Below the pieces are notes generated by a model. The model did no database searches. It saw nothing but the letters and a program-made list of their open reading frames with translations, and was not told the origin of the DNA. The position numbers were made by a program, and so were the translations under genes. From a virus (lineage: Duplodnaviria > Caudoviricetes): DNA of 64,000 nt. The DNA is taken from the IMG/VR virus record IMGVR_UViG_3300022555_000031, positions 1 through 64,000 of that record; one strand, given 5' to 3'. Shown here piece by piece: positions 16,436 through 25,253 of the stretch (position 1 is its first letter; every line of letters begins with the position of its first letter).

Positions 16436-17175
16436 TGCCATTGGTCAACGTAAACCATATGTCGCTTGGGATTAAGACTGTCATGGGCATAGGCGTGTTC
16501 GTTAGGACGGCGTTGATGCACTGTGATAGTGGGGACACGATATCCTTTTTTAGTCACAACGGTTACATCGGGTTCTTAACTACAAGTGCAAGCGACCTGC
16601 TTGGTTCGGATAATTTTATGACCAATACAAGGGTTTACGTTTGCAGTAATCGTTGGGAGAGGCCCGATGACAGGGGGAGCGATACTCTCAGGACCATGTA
16701 TGGCATGCTCAAGGGGCACATAGCCGACCAGGTGGCGTACATACAGGCGTTGTTAGATATCCCGTCAGATAGACCTAATCGGACCGTGGACAGGGACTAC
16801 ACGATACGGAACATGCTGTTTGCCGAGCCTGGATTTTTGCATTATCGCATTAACCCTGATATCTGTGAGTATGGGTTCGAGGAGGTCTTTGACGGCGTTA
16901 CGGTGGGTGCAGAACATTTGGGTATCCCCACCAACATGATTGACCATGTGGCTCGGCAAATCTCTGGGATGATTATGACAAGTTTACTCACTATCTCGTT
17001 TGAACGGTTTGAGCATATGCGACAGGGCCAAAGGTTTATTGGGACCATGAATATGGCACTTAATGAGCTCGGCAGGGGAACGTTGCGACATGCACCATTT
17101 AGGGTACTTAGACGGCATTTCTTGTTAAGGGAGGGGCAAAATGTTCAGCAACAGAATATTGGTAGTCCTGCGTAG
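16435..17175 (+). CDS. hypothetical protein
   Basis: 246-aa ORF, TAATG coupling. Confidence 0.7.
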   Translation: MPLVNVNHMSLGIKTVMGIGVFVRTALMHCDSGDTISFFSHNGYIGFLTTSASDLLGSDNFMTNTRVYVCSNRWERPDDRGSDTLRTMYGMLKGHIADQVAYIQALLDIPSDRPNRTVDRDYTIRNMLFAEPGFLHYRINPDICEYGFEEVFDGVTVGAEHLGIPTNMIDHVARQISGMIMTSLLTISFERFEHMRQGQRFIGTMNMALNELGRGTLRHAPFRVLRRHFLLREGQNVQQQNIGSPA

Positions 17176-17470
17176 CGGGTTCTCTCACACGATAAAGATT
17201 CCAGATGAAAGGAAAGTGGATATAATTTTCGACCAGCTATTCCAGGCCAATGGAACCTATACGGAAAGAGACGATAGGAATAAGGTAACCTTACGGCTTG
17301 ACGTCGCAGAGGTGGTGTTTGCGAGAAGGCTGATAGAAGGTGAATCATTTGGTCCCTATAAGGCACGTCCACAAAACAGTGCAGGGCCGATGCCAACACC
17401 AGCACCAGTGCCAGTAATGGACGACAAGGTGAAGGCACTCGAGGAGAGTCTCGCTCAAAAAACTTCTTGA
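17141..17470 (+). CDS. hypothetical protein
   Basis: 109 aa, SD GGGAGGGG. Confidence 0.7.
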   Translation: MFSNRILVVLRSGFSHTIKIPDERKVDIIFDQLFQANGTYTERDDRNKVTLRLDVAEVVFARRLIEGESFGPYKARPQNSAGPMPTPAPVPVMDDKVKALEESLAQKTS

Positions 17471-17495
17471 CAAGAATCTAAGAAGCGTGTATAAT
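17467..17495 (+). promoter_or_regulatory. consensus sigma70 promoter
   Basis: TTGACA-N17-TATAAT; -35 lies inside palindrome TTCTTG-A-CAAGAA. Confidence 0.85.
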
Positions 17496-17520
17496 ACAGG
17501 TAGGTAAGGCAGGAGGGTTT

Positions 17521-17901
17521 ATGTCAAAGAAAGGGGTAGAGATAGTTCAGCGAGTTGAAGATAACCCCACGAAGAAATTACGTGAGGCTGAGAAGGTCCA
17601 GGCTGAAGCGAGGAAGGCCGAGAAACCTATTGAGCCAGAGTTCTTGGACATCTTGACGGTTTTCATAGCCTTCGTGCCGTCCATGAACCAACAGGGTGCG
17701 ATATATGAGAATGTTGTTAACCTGGACCTGGGTGATGCCACTAAAGAGGTGATGGACAAAATCGTAGATTTCAATACGGGATGGGTGACGTTGTGGCAGA
17801 TATGCGGGAGAAAGATTATGTTGAAGCAAAGTGCTATCTCCACTATTACTGTAGATGTGAAGGGTAAGATAGAAAAGGAAAAGGTGAAAGCCTCATGGTA
17901 A
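17521..17901 (+). CDS. hypothetical protein
   Basis: 126 aa, SD GGAGGG after promoter. Confidence 0.75.
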   Translation: MSKKGVEIVQRVEDNPTKKLREAEKVQAEARKAEKPIEPEFLDILTVFIAFVPSMNQQGAIYENVVNLDLGDATKEVMDKIVDFNTGWVTLWQICGRKIMLKQSAISTITVDVKGKIEKEKVKASW

Positions 17902-18248
17902 GACGCAGGCTCCGCAAAATAGTCAAGAACACTGCAGTCTCTATCCTTGTAGTCGCATGTATCGTGGCGATGCTCAACTACTTTTTTTACAAAGAGGGAT
18001 ACAGGGAGGGGTTTTATAAGGGGGCCCAGGAGCTGGCTGAGTTTCGCAGTCAATATACTTCTGTCGTGATAAACGGCAAGAAGTTTTTTTATGTTATAAA
18101 CTTCGAGAGGATTGCCCAGGGCGACAGGGGTGTTATAGTTGTCCCGTTCAAATGCACAACCCTCACATTGACTGACCAGGAGGCAAAGACTCTTGCTGTT
18201 ATCCTGCAGAAGGCGGTTGACCAGGTTAAGAAAGGAGACGCTAAATGA
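17895..18248 (+). CDS. membrane-anchored hypothetical protein
   Basis: Basic N-terminus + TM helix. Confidence 0.7.
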   Translation: MVRRRLRKIVKNTAVSILVVACIVAMLNYFFYKEGYREGFYKGAQELAEFRSQYTSVVINGKKFFYVINFERIAQGDRGVIVVPFKCTTLTLTDQEAKTLAVILQKAVDQVKKGDAK

Positions 18249-19114
18249 CACGTAGAATCTTTTATCATACGGACCATGATGGAGAGGCGAGCGGTGCTAT
18301 CGCTTATAACTGGGCGAACACAGTTGCAACTCCGTATCAAGCATGTGTGCTGTACCCAATCACTTATGGCAAGCCGTTCCCGTTCGACCAGATACATGAA
18401 GGGGACTCCGTTTACATTCTGGATTATTCTATCCCGCCAGCCGATATGAAGAAGCTCTTGGCGATTACGCCGAATGTTGTATGGATAGACCATCACAAGA
18501 CGGCGATAGAAGAGTATTCTTATCACCCAGAGATTGGGGAGATAGCGGGCATCAGGGACACGGACGAGGCTGGATGCGTTCTCACCTGGGCGTTCTTTAA
18601 CGGGAGGGGGGTAATACCCCTACCAATCGTTTTAATCGGCGACAGGGACGTGTGGAGATTCGCATACGGAGACGATACCAGGAACTTTTGTATGGGGCTT
18701 CATATGTATAACACCGAGCCAAGCGATAAGATGTGGCCCAGGTTGTTTAGTGAAGCTGGCAAGTCGATGGTCTATGAGATGCAGAAAGAGGGTAAGATAG
18801 CGACACAATACAGGGATTCGTGGGCGAAGTCTTATTCGAAGTCGTGGGGATATGATGCCACGATTGATGGGTTTGGGGACGTGAAGTGCTTCGTGATGAA
18901 CCTTGGAAGATGCGGGAGTGAGTTCTTTGGTGACCGTATCAAGGAATATGACGTGTGTGCGTCGGTTGGATTTAACGGCAGTATGTGGGAAGTCTCTTTC
19001 TACTCAGAGAAGATAGATGTCTCCGTTATCGCTAAGAAGTTTGGGGGCGGGGGACACACGGGAGCGTCGGGGGCAGTTGTTGCGGGCTTACCATTTAAGA
19101 AGATTACCGAGTAG
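18245..19114 (+). CDS. DHH/DHHA1-family phosphoesterase
   Basis: YHTDHDG, ILDYS, IDHHKT, GDRDVW and GGGGHTGASG motifs. Confidence 0.9.
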   Translation: MTRRIFYHTDHDGEASGAIAYNWANTVATPYQACVLYPITYGKPFPFDQIHEGDSVYILDYSIPPADMKKLLAITPNVVWIDHHKTAIEEYSYHPEIGEIAGIRDTDEAGCVLTWAFFNGRGVIPLPIVLIGDRDVWRFAYGDDTRNFCMGLHMYNTEPSDKMWPRLFSEAGKSMVYEMQKEGKIATQYRDSWAKSYSKSWGYDATIDGFGDVKCFVMNLGRCGSEFFGDRIKEYDVCASVGFNGSMWEVSFYSEKIDVSVIAKKFGGGGHTGASGAVVAGLPFKKITE

Positions 19115-19179
19115 ACAAGCGGTAAGTCAGCAGGCTTTGAACCTGCCAATCGCTGGTTCGAATCCAGCCTCGGTAGCCA
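19105..19179 (+). tRNA. trnQ: tRNA-Gln (anticodon TTG) with encoded CCA
   Basis: Acceptor TACCGAG/CTCGGTA (U1-A72), G73, CCA; D arm GAC/GTC; anticodon stem GCAGG-CTTTGAA-CCTGC; T arm GCTGG-TTCGAAT-CCAGC. Confidence 0.95.
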
Positions 19180-19195
19180 GAACAGGGAGGGAATT

Positions 19196-19429
19196 GTGAG
19201 AATTAAGATGCTTTCAGAGAAACAGGCCACGAAGATGGAAGGCGAGTTGATGGACTTCCTGGACAAGAAAAGAAATGTTGACATGATAAGTCTCGCTCGC
19301 TTCGTAAAGGGCATACAGTTTTATATGGGTGACTTGTATCCGAAATATTACATGAAAATTGACGGCCACGAGAGATGGTATATTGTTGAAAAGGCAACAG
19401 GCAAAGCTTTGCCGTTCGATGGGATTTAG
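19196..19429 (+). CDS. hypothetical protein
   Basis: 77 aa, SD GGGAGGG. Confidence 0.7.
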   Translation: MRIKMLSEKQATKMEGELMDFLDKKRNVDMISLARFVKGIQFYMGDLYPKYYMKIDGHERWYIVEKATGKALPFDGI

Positions 19430-19437
19430 GGGGTAGT

Positions 19438-19698
19438 ATGAAGAAGGTAAATTGTCCACATTGTGAGCATAGGTTCAGGCCAACGATAGTGATGTGCTCG
19501 AACCCGTTTTAGGTTCACTGCCCTAAGTGTCGCAAGATATTCTTCCTTGATACCCACGGGCACAGTGGAGTAGAGCCTACCGATATCCCAGATTGTGGTG
19601 GCAGGGGGAAGTTGGACAAGGTGTTTGAAGAAGTTGGCCCGTGTATCATAAATGTTAAGGGTCTTAATCAGAAGGGGAAGGTGCAGTTTTTGAAATAG
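19438..19698 (+). pseudogene. Zn-ribbon gene interrupted by in-frame TAG (19510)
   Basis: MKKVNCPHC...NPF*VHCPKC...QFLK: the two CxxC halves lie on either side of a single stop. Confidence 0.65.
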
Positions 19699-19707
19699 GA
19701 GGGAATT

Positions 19708-19968
19708 ATGGCAATGTTTGAGATGGACAAAATAACACTGGAGTTCCTGATGGGTGCGTATAATTTATTGGGAGCAACCAGGGAGGAGGGGGTTGAATTT
19801 ATAGAGACGACAGCGACCCTTATTAAGCCACATATACGGATTGAATACAAGGCTGTCATCAGTGAAGACAAGAAGCTGTTGGCATTGTATATTAACAACA
19901 AGAAGCAGTGCAGTTTCAAGACTGAATACCTGCAGAAGAAATGGGAACAGTGGAGTGCGAATGCTTAA
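19708..19968 (+). CDS. hypothetical protein
   Basis: 86 aa, SD GGAGGG. Confidence 0.7.
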   Translation: MAMFEMDKITLEFLMGAYNLLGATREEGVEFIETTATLIKPHIRIEYKAVISEDKKLLALYINNKKQCSFKTEYLQKKWEQWSANA

Positions 19969-20146
19969 ATACTTAAAGGGTAAGCTCATAGTGACGGACC
20001 TGTGCCCAGCGAATACCATGTTCATGTTCTCAACAGAGAAGGTCGCTGGCGGGAGCGAGATACTCAAGGATGTCGCTAAGGCCACCAATATTGATATAAC
20101 GATAGACGAGAAGAATAGAACGATTTCATATACTAAGGAGAAATAA
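19961..20146 (+). CDS. hypothetical protein (61 aa; start revised)
   Basis: ATG 19961 with GGAG SD, overlapping upstream stop. Confidence 0.6.
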   Translation: MLKYLKGKLIVTDLCPANTMFMFSTEKVAGGSEILKDVAKATNIDITIDEKNRTISYTKEK

Positions 20147-20148
20147 TC

Positions 20149-20370
20149 ATGGCAGACGCTGTTGTAATACGAGAGAAATATTGCGAGAGGTTCAACCATA
20201 AGGGCGAGAAGTGCGAGTTCCTGGTCATAGAGCCAGGTAAAGGGTCTCGCTGTACAGCTCAGGGGAAGAATGTAAAGCTCAAGAGGGACAGGGTAGGACT
20301 TATAAAGGTCACCACGGGTTGTGTGTTCTTTAACGAGAAGCGGACCCTGGCGGGGAAGGTTGGAAAATGA
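20149..20370 (+). CDS. hypothetical Cys-rich protein
   Basis: 73 aa, four spaced Cys. Confidence 0.65.
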   Translation: MADAVVIREKYCERFNHKGEKCEFLVIEPGKGSRCTAQGKNVKLKRDRVGLIKVTTGCVFFNEKRTLAGKVGK

Positions 20371-20636
20371 ACGAGGATGTTCTCGATATTCTCACCATTG
20401 TCGCCCTACTCTGCCTCATCCTTTGGTGGATGTCGTTTAGGATATGGGCAGGGCGTAGTTGTGAGAATTGTTATTATCGCCATCAACCCAAGCTGGGTAA
20501 CGGTGTTATGCGTTCCGATTCTTCTGGCGTTGGGCAACTTTATATGACAAGTCATTGCAAGGCCCCAGCCCATGAGGCGATTTTCTTCGCAGAGGACACT
20601 ACGTGTTCCAATTGGAAGAAGAAGGAGGAGAAATGA
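20367..20636 (+). CDS. membrane-anchored Cys-rich protein
   Basis: TM helix then CENC...C...C..W. Confidence 0.65.
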   Translation: MNEDVLDILTIVALLCLILWWMSFRIWAGRSCENCYYRHQPKLGNGVMRSDSSGVGQLYMTSHCKAPAHEAIFFAEDTTCSNWKKKEEK

Positions 20637-20866
20637 AAACGGTTGGGATAGGTTTAATAGCATTGGCCATTGTGTTCTTCTTTGTGTTTTATTTTATAAT
20701 GGCACCGATGCTATCGTCTATGATACCCGATGGTGAAAGTCATTACTACTTGGTGTTGCTTGTAAACTTACTTGTCGGGTGGGGGCTCGGGGTCGTTGTC
20801 CCAGTGGCCATGGGTGTGATAGGTGTTATGTTTATCAGGGAGGGTAGGGAAGATGCTTTGGAATAA
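20633..20866 (+). CDS. small two-TM membrane protein
   Basis: Two hydrophobic helices; SD GGAGGAG; ATGA coupling. Confidence 0.7.
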   Translation: MKTVGIGLIALAIVFFFVFYFIMAPMLSSMIPDGESHYYLVLLVNLLVGWGLGVVVPVAMGVIGVMFIREGREDALE

Positions 20867-20952
20867 TGCTATGATGTGTTTGGTGTGTGCGGGAGGGCTG
20901 ATACTGGTCCTTACGTTGTTTCGTGTCTTAAATAAGATGGGAGGAGAATAAA

Positions 20953-21312
20953 ATGGCAAACGATAAAGCAGTATTCACAACTGCGGTAGTAGACCCGAGC
21001 GAGGCACCTTGCATGTGCGGGAACTGCGGAGAAAGCGATGCGATTGTTGGGCACGAGTGCCCGTTCTGCGGAGACCCTGTGCTTGAGGATGAAGGTGTGG
21101 ACATCGTGTGCGTTCCCACTGGAAAGAGCCATGAGCACTACCACAAGAAGTGCTGGATGCTCCGTGACGCAGAGGTGGTCACGGCGAAGGTATACTTCCC
21201 CCCGCAGGGCAAGTTTGTCTTTGTTAAAGTGGGGGAATCGGACGAAACCTTAGAGGTTGCTTACAAGGAGTTGGCGAAGTTCTTGGATGGTGTAGCCAAG
21301 AAGGAGGGGTAA
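20953..21312 (+). CDS. Zn-finger protein
   Basis: CGNCG, CPFCG, C..., HKKC motifs. Confidence 0.7.
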   Translation: MANDKAVFTTAVVDPSEAPCMCGNCGESDAIVGHECPFCGDPVLEDEGVDIVCVPTGKSHEHYHKKCWMLRDAEVVTAKVYFPPQGKFVFVKVGESDETLEVAYKELAKFLDGVAKKEG

Positions 21313-21497
21313 TGTTTAAGCGTCTGTCACGGTGGTGGGCCGAACGCAAGGTGAAGAAACTGGTCAGGTCCCTCAAGCATGACTTTGCGGAGCTGGACAA
21401 CAAGATGACCAAGGCTGGTTTCAACCGTCACGACAAGAAACATATCCGCAGGGATATCGTGAAAGGAGACTATACCTTATTCGAGGAGGGCGATTAG
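21312..21497 (+). CDS. hypothetical basic protein
   Basis: 61 aa, SD GGAGGGG. Confidence 0.65.
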   Translation: MFKRLSRWWAERKVKKLVRSLKHDFAELDNKMTKAGFNRHDKKHIRRDIVKGDYTLFEEGD

Positions 21498-21498
21498 G

Positions 21499-21615
21499 GT
21501 GGGCCATCTTACAGAAGAAGACAAGAAGGATATTCTCTATATAGTGGTTGCGTATGTGGTTATGATAGTTGTTCTGTTGGTGGCGTTCAGGTTTTCAAGT
21601 TGTGCAAAGTGGTAA
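21499..21615 (+). CDS. small membrane peptide (38 aa)
   Basis: GTG start after GAGGAGGG; single TM helix; manual translation. Confidence 0.5.
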   Translation: MGHLTEEDKKDILYIVVAYVVMIVVLLVAFRFSSCAKW

Positions 21616-21625
21616 AGGAGGAATA

Positions 21626-21904
21626 ATGGACACGGTCGTGACAGATACGGTTTTGCCAGGCAACGGAGACTGTAAGTATTGCGGAGAGACGGGCATTATC
21701 ATTAGAAACGAGAGGACTGACAAGAGAATCGTTATAACGCACATATGTTCACAATGTGGGGCTAAGCAGGCTGTGAGTGTCTACAAGTTCTCCCAGCCTG
21801 GGGAAAAGAATTCCGTCTACAGGGTTCCGACCAAAGAGTTGATAGACGAGGACAAGCTACTGGCAGAGTTTCATATCAACCCAAGGGATATTTTCGGAGT
21901 ATAA
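21626..21904 (+). CDS. Zn-ribbon protein (start revised)
   Basis: CKYCG...CSQCG; SD AGGAGG before ATG 21626. Confidence 0.7.
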   Translation: MDTVVTDTVLPGNGDCKYCGETGIIIRNERTDKRIVITHICSQCGAKQAVSVYKFSQPGEKNSVYRVPTKELIDEDKLLAEFHINPRDIFGV

Positions 21905-21905
21905 A

Positions 21906-22169
21906 ATGGCTGAGTATATAGATTTCATAGAACTACCACGCAACCCAGGGGCCGTAACATGGCAGTGGAAGGTTGTGAATAAGCAAAATGGCAGTGTAGT
22001 TGGCGGAATTAAGTGGGAGAATGGGTGGAGGTGTTATTGTTTCCACCCGTCATTCCCAACGATATTTGAGCACGTATGCCTGGAAGATATCGCTTCGTTC
22101 TTAAAGAAGAACACCCAGGAGCAGAAGGATATGGCAACGTTGAGAAGGAAGACAGGATTGGCGGGATAA
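21906..22169 (+). CDS. hypothetical phage protein
   Basis: IKW..GWRCYCF.P...TIF...CL.DI pattern common in phage ORFs. Confidence 0.7.
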   Translation: MAEYIDFIELPRNPGAVTWQWKVVNKQNGSVVGGIKWENGWRCYCFHPSFPTIFEHVCLEDIASFLKKNTQEQKDMATLRRKTGLAG

Positions 22170-22402
22170 TGACTGAAGTCTTGAATGACAACATAGGTAC
22201 CCCCCAAGCCACCCCCCAAGTCATGTGTCAGGGGGTGGGTAGATGTAAGAACCCGATTTGTCGGCATGCGACAGAGCATACCCATTATGACGGGTGCAAG
22301 ATAAAATGTTTCGTCGGTGACGAGTGTGTGACTTGCGTTCCAGTGAATAATAATATAGTTATTAGACCTAAAAATCTGAAACGAGGGAGGAAAAATGCCT
22401 GA
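22169..22402 (+). CDS. hypothetical Cys/His-rich protein (start revised)
   Basis: TAATG coupling; multiple Cys/His. Confidence 0.55.
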   Translation: MTEVLNDNIGTPQATPQVMCQGVGRCKNPICRHATEHTHYDGCKIKCFVGDECVTCVPVNNNIVIRPKNLKRGRKNA

Positions 22403-23405
22403 TTCTGGCCTTACGTTGGTGACGGAAGAATTTCTCCGAAAGGGGAATAACAAAGATTTACCGAACAGAACAGTTGCAAGGATGTTGTTTGAAAAGTATC
22501 CAAATTTATTTAAGGGTATTGAGCAGGCGAGGAATGTGATTAGGTATGCCAGGGGAGCTTATGGTCAAGGGAAGGCAAAGCGTGAGGAAAGGAAGGATTT
22601 AATTCGTACACCAGAACAGATTGAATCCTGGAAGAAAAGGTTTCCTAAGCCCGATGACGAGGGTTTTAAGTGGCATGACCTGCCGAGTAATATTAGCAAG
22701 TGGTTATTTCTTTATGATGTTCACGTCCCATTCTTTGACCGTGACGCCTTGATGGGAGCGATTAAAGAGGGTAAGCGTAGGGGTGTTGATGGTGTTTTCC
22801 TGGGTGGAGATTTCTCAGACTGCTACCAGGGTTCGGATTTCGTCAAAGACCCACGCATAAGGTCTTACCCGTCCGAGGTCGAGATGGTGAAGGATATTCA
22901 TAGCATGATAAACGAGATACTACGGCCCAAGGCTTTCTTTTGGAAGCTCGGGAACCATGAGGCGAGGATAGAGCGGTTGGTTATGAGTAAGGCTCCTGCA
23001 CTTGTTGGGTTGAAGGGGTTGAGTTACGAGGAGATATATCAGGTTAAGGAGAGCGGTATCACTCTAATACCTCCTACGCATCCAGCAAGATACAAAGCAT
23101 TAACGATTTTACACGGGGACGAATATGGCGGGATATTGTCACCAGTAAATCCTGCGAGGGGGCTCTACTTAAAGGCGGGGGCCTGTACCGTTGGTGGTCA
23201 TCTTCATGCGACCTCAGAACATACCGCTTCAACGGTTCAAGGAAAGATAGTCACGTGCTGGAGTGTCGGGTGTCTTTCCAATCTTCACCCAAAGTATGCT
23301 CCACTGAATAAATGGAATCATGGGTTCGGAATGCTCGAGGTGAGCCAAACTGGCGGGATGTGGAAATTCCAGAACAAGCGGATAGTGGAGGGCGAGGTGG
23401 TATAA
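22395..23405 (+). CDS. calcineurin-like metallophosphoesterase
   Basis: DVHVP, GGDFSD, LGNHE, LHGD and GGHLH motifs. Confidence 0.9.
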   Translation: MPDSGLTLVTEEFLRKGNNKDLPNRTVARMLFEKYPNLFKGIEQARNVIRYARGAYGQGKAKREERKDLIRTPEQIESWKKRFPKPDDEGFKWHDLPSNISKWLFLYDVHVPFFDRDALMGAIKEGKRRGVDGVFLGGDFSDCYQGSDFVKDPRIRSYPSEVEMVKDIHSMINEILRPKAFFWKLGNHEARIERLVMSKAPALVGLKGLSYEEIYQVKESGITLIPPTHPARYKALTILHGDEYGGILSPVNPARGLYLKAGACTVGGHLHATSEHTASTVQGKIVTCWSVGCLSNLHPKYAPLNKWNHGFGMLEVSQTGGMWKFQNKRIVEGEVV

Positions 23406-23540
23406 AAGTTACACTGTGCGTAACGTTGACGGGTTGGGCGAACCATACGGAAAAACCAGATAGTTCAAAGTTTAGCACTGTGTTTTAGTTAACATCTATT
23501 GTGTTAATTTAGGTACAAATATAAACACAGCACGAGGAGG

Positions 23541-23789
23541 ATGGGCATGGCACATTGGAACAATTGGAGTATAAAGGTTTCAAGGGTTGAGAATGGGTAT
23601 GTGTTGACTGTGCCCAAGTTAATAGGGGATATAGTTGATGGGGAGCAGGTTGATGTTGAAAGGGAAAGCGAGAGTGTGATTGAGGGGGAAGATACTGACA
23701 CGCTTGTGCGAGTTTTGCAAGAGGTGAGAGATTATTTTGACAGCAATGCTAAGGTGATTATAAAGGAAAACATGTCGAAAAGGGGGTAA
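23541..23789 (+). CDS. hypothetical acidic protein
   Basis: 82 aa, SD GAGGAGG. Confidence 0.7.
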   Translation: MGMAHWNNWSIKVSRVENGYVLTVPKLIGDIVDGEQVDVERESESVIEGEDTDTLVRVLQEVRDYFDSNAKVIIKENMSKRG

Positions 23790-23791
23790 CA

Positions 23792-24358
23792 ATGGGAAGG
23801 TTCTATGTGTCATACGAGTTGTATGGGGACGGTTTTTTGACTGGTAAAAAGCATCCAGAGGAAGGGTACTATAAAACCCGTAGGACGGCCTGGAAGGCGT
23901 GCAAGTCTTTGGCTAAAAGGTTGAAGGGGAAGGGGTGCCACTTTGCGGTTGTCAACCACGACAATGTATCTGGTGACAACGACGGTTATTATATCGTCGG
24001 AAGGAAAGAGCCTCCCCCAGAGAAGCCAGCTAAGATGATAGCATACGTGGCTCATCCGTATAGGGCTAAGACCATTGATGAGATAGCCGAGAACATTTGG
24101 GATTCACGTAGGGTTGCGAAGAAATACTGGAAACAAGGATACGCCGTTATATGTCCATGTTTGAATTCTGCGTTCATGGATGGAGAAATAAAGGACAAGG
24201 ATTTTATTGAAGGGGACCTGGTTCTGTTGAGCTATGCCGACCTCCTGGTGCTCTCGGGGGATTGGAAGAAGTCTACGGGGTGCATGGCCGAGCGGGAGTT
24301 TGCCAAGGTGCACGGGATGCCAATCCTGGATGACAATTTAAGCAAGGAGGAAAAATGA
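23792..24358 (+). CDS. two-domain protein with C-terminal nucleoside-2-deoxyribosyltransferase-like (DUF4406-like) domain
   Basis: YVAHPY...ICP.LN...DL.LL..AD.LVL.GDWKKSTGC.AER pattern. Confidence 0.7.
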   Translation: MGRFYVSYELYGDGFLTGKKHPEEGYYKTRRTAWKACKSLAKRLKGKGCHFAVVNHDNVSGDNDGYYIVGRKEPPPEKPAKMIAYVAHPYRAKTIDEIAENIWDSRRVAKKYWKQGYAVICPCLNSAFMDGEIKDKDFIEGDLVLLSYADLLVLSGDWKKSTGCMAEREFAKVHGMPILDDNLSKEEK

Positions 24359-24774
24359 GTCTAACGGCTGACTGCGGAGATTGTATACATGAGTATACGA
24401 AAACGTGTGTGAGTTGCTCGAACAGGGAGAAGCACGAGATGTCGATATTGCAGGGCATCGTTACACCACAGGTTCCACCTAAGCCAAAGAGTATTTTGGC
24501 AGAGGCCGAATATCTTGTGAACGGTCCCCGCCAGGCGAATTACGGAGACCCGACGGAGTGCATGCAGAGGACGGTGGACATTTTCTATGCCATCACGGGT
24601 ATCAGGCTTGAGGCCCAACATGCCCCCCTATTTAACCTGGCACAGAAGCTGGCCAGGGAAAGGGTAGTTTACAAGAGAGACAATCCACGGGACATGGCTG
24701 GGTATTTGTTAATCTACAACGGTATCATGGAGAGGAAGGCTGGCATAAATACAAACGAAATAGTGCCAGAGTAA
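24355..24774 (+). CDS. DUF6378-like (dNTP diphosphohydrolase-like) phage protein
   Basis: ILAEA..LVNGPRQANYGDP...KLAR...KRDN..DMAGY. Confidence 0.75.
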   Translation: MSLTADCGDCIHEYTKTCVSCSNREKHEMSILQGIVTPQVPPKPKSILAEAEYLVNGPRQANYGDPTECMQRTVDIFYAITGIRLEAQHAPLFNLAQKLARERVVYKRDNPRDMAGYLLIYNGIMERKAGINTNEIVPE

Positions 24775-24807
24775 ACACTTATTCGAGGGAATAAATGTGG
24801 AGAGGCA

Positions 24808-25242
24808 ATGGCGATAGTAATAAGGGATGATAGGGGTGTTTGCGAACGTGTTATCAGGGCGACACTCAACTATATCGGTGCGGGATTGGGTGTTCCGTTG
24901 CCACAGGGTTGCAGGATTGTTTATGAGTATCTAATGCGAGTGGACCCGCTTTGCCGTTGTTCCCAGGTATTGACGTGGAATGGTAACGAGAACGATATAG
25001 TGTTGTTTCTCCGCTGGTTGCAGAGAGTTACAATGCCCCCGAGCAATGATGATAGGTTGGAGAGAATGACTGAGGATAGGGAGAGGGTGGTGGAGCGTAT
25101 GTTGAGGGAGCATCAATACAGCCAGGAGCAAATTGAGAGAGCATGGTTAAGTAACAGGCTGAGGGAAGGGGGATATACGGAGGCCCAAATTGCAATAGCA
25201 ACCAGCCCAATCACTACTATGGTTTCAACTGTTACAGCTTAA
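24808..25242 (+). CDS. hypothetical protein
   Basis: 144 aa, SD GGAGAGG. Confidence 0.65.
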   Translation: MAIVIRDDRGVCERVIRATLNYIGAGLGVPLPQGCRIVYEYLMRVDPLCRCSQVLTWNGNENDIVLFLRWLQRVTMPPSNDDRLERMTEDRERVVERMLREHQYSQEQIERAWLSNRLREGGYTEAQIAIATSPITTMVSTVTA

Positions 25243-25253
25243 AGGAGGCTATA

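Noticed and set aside
23426-23460. TTGACG as a promoter -35
   Set aside because: No acceptable -10 hexamer at 16-18 nt spacing.
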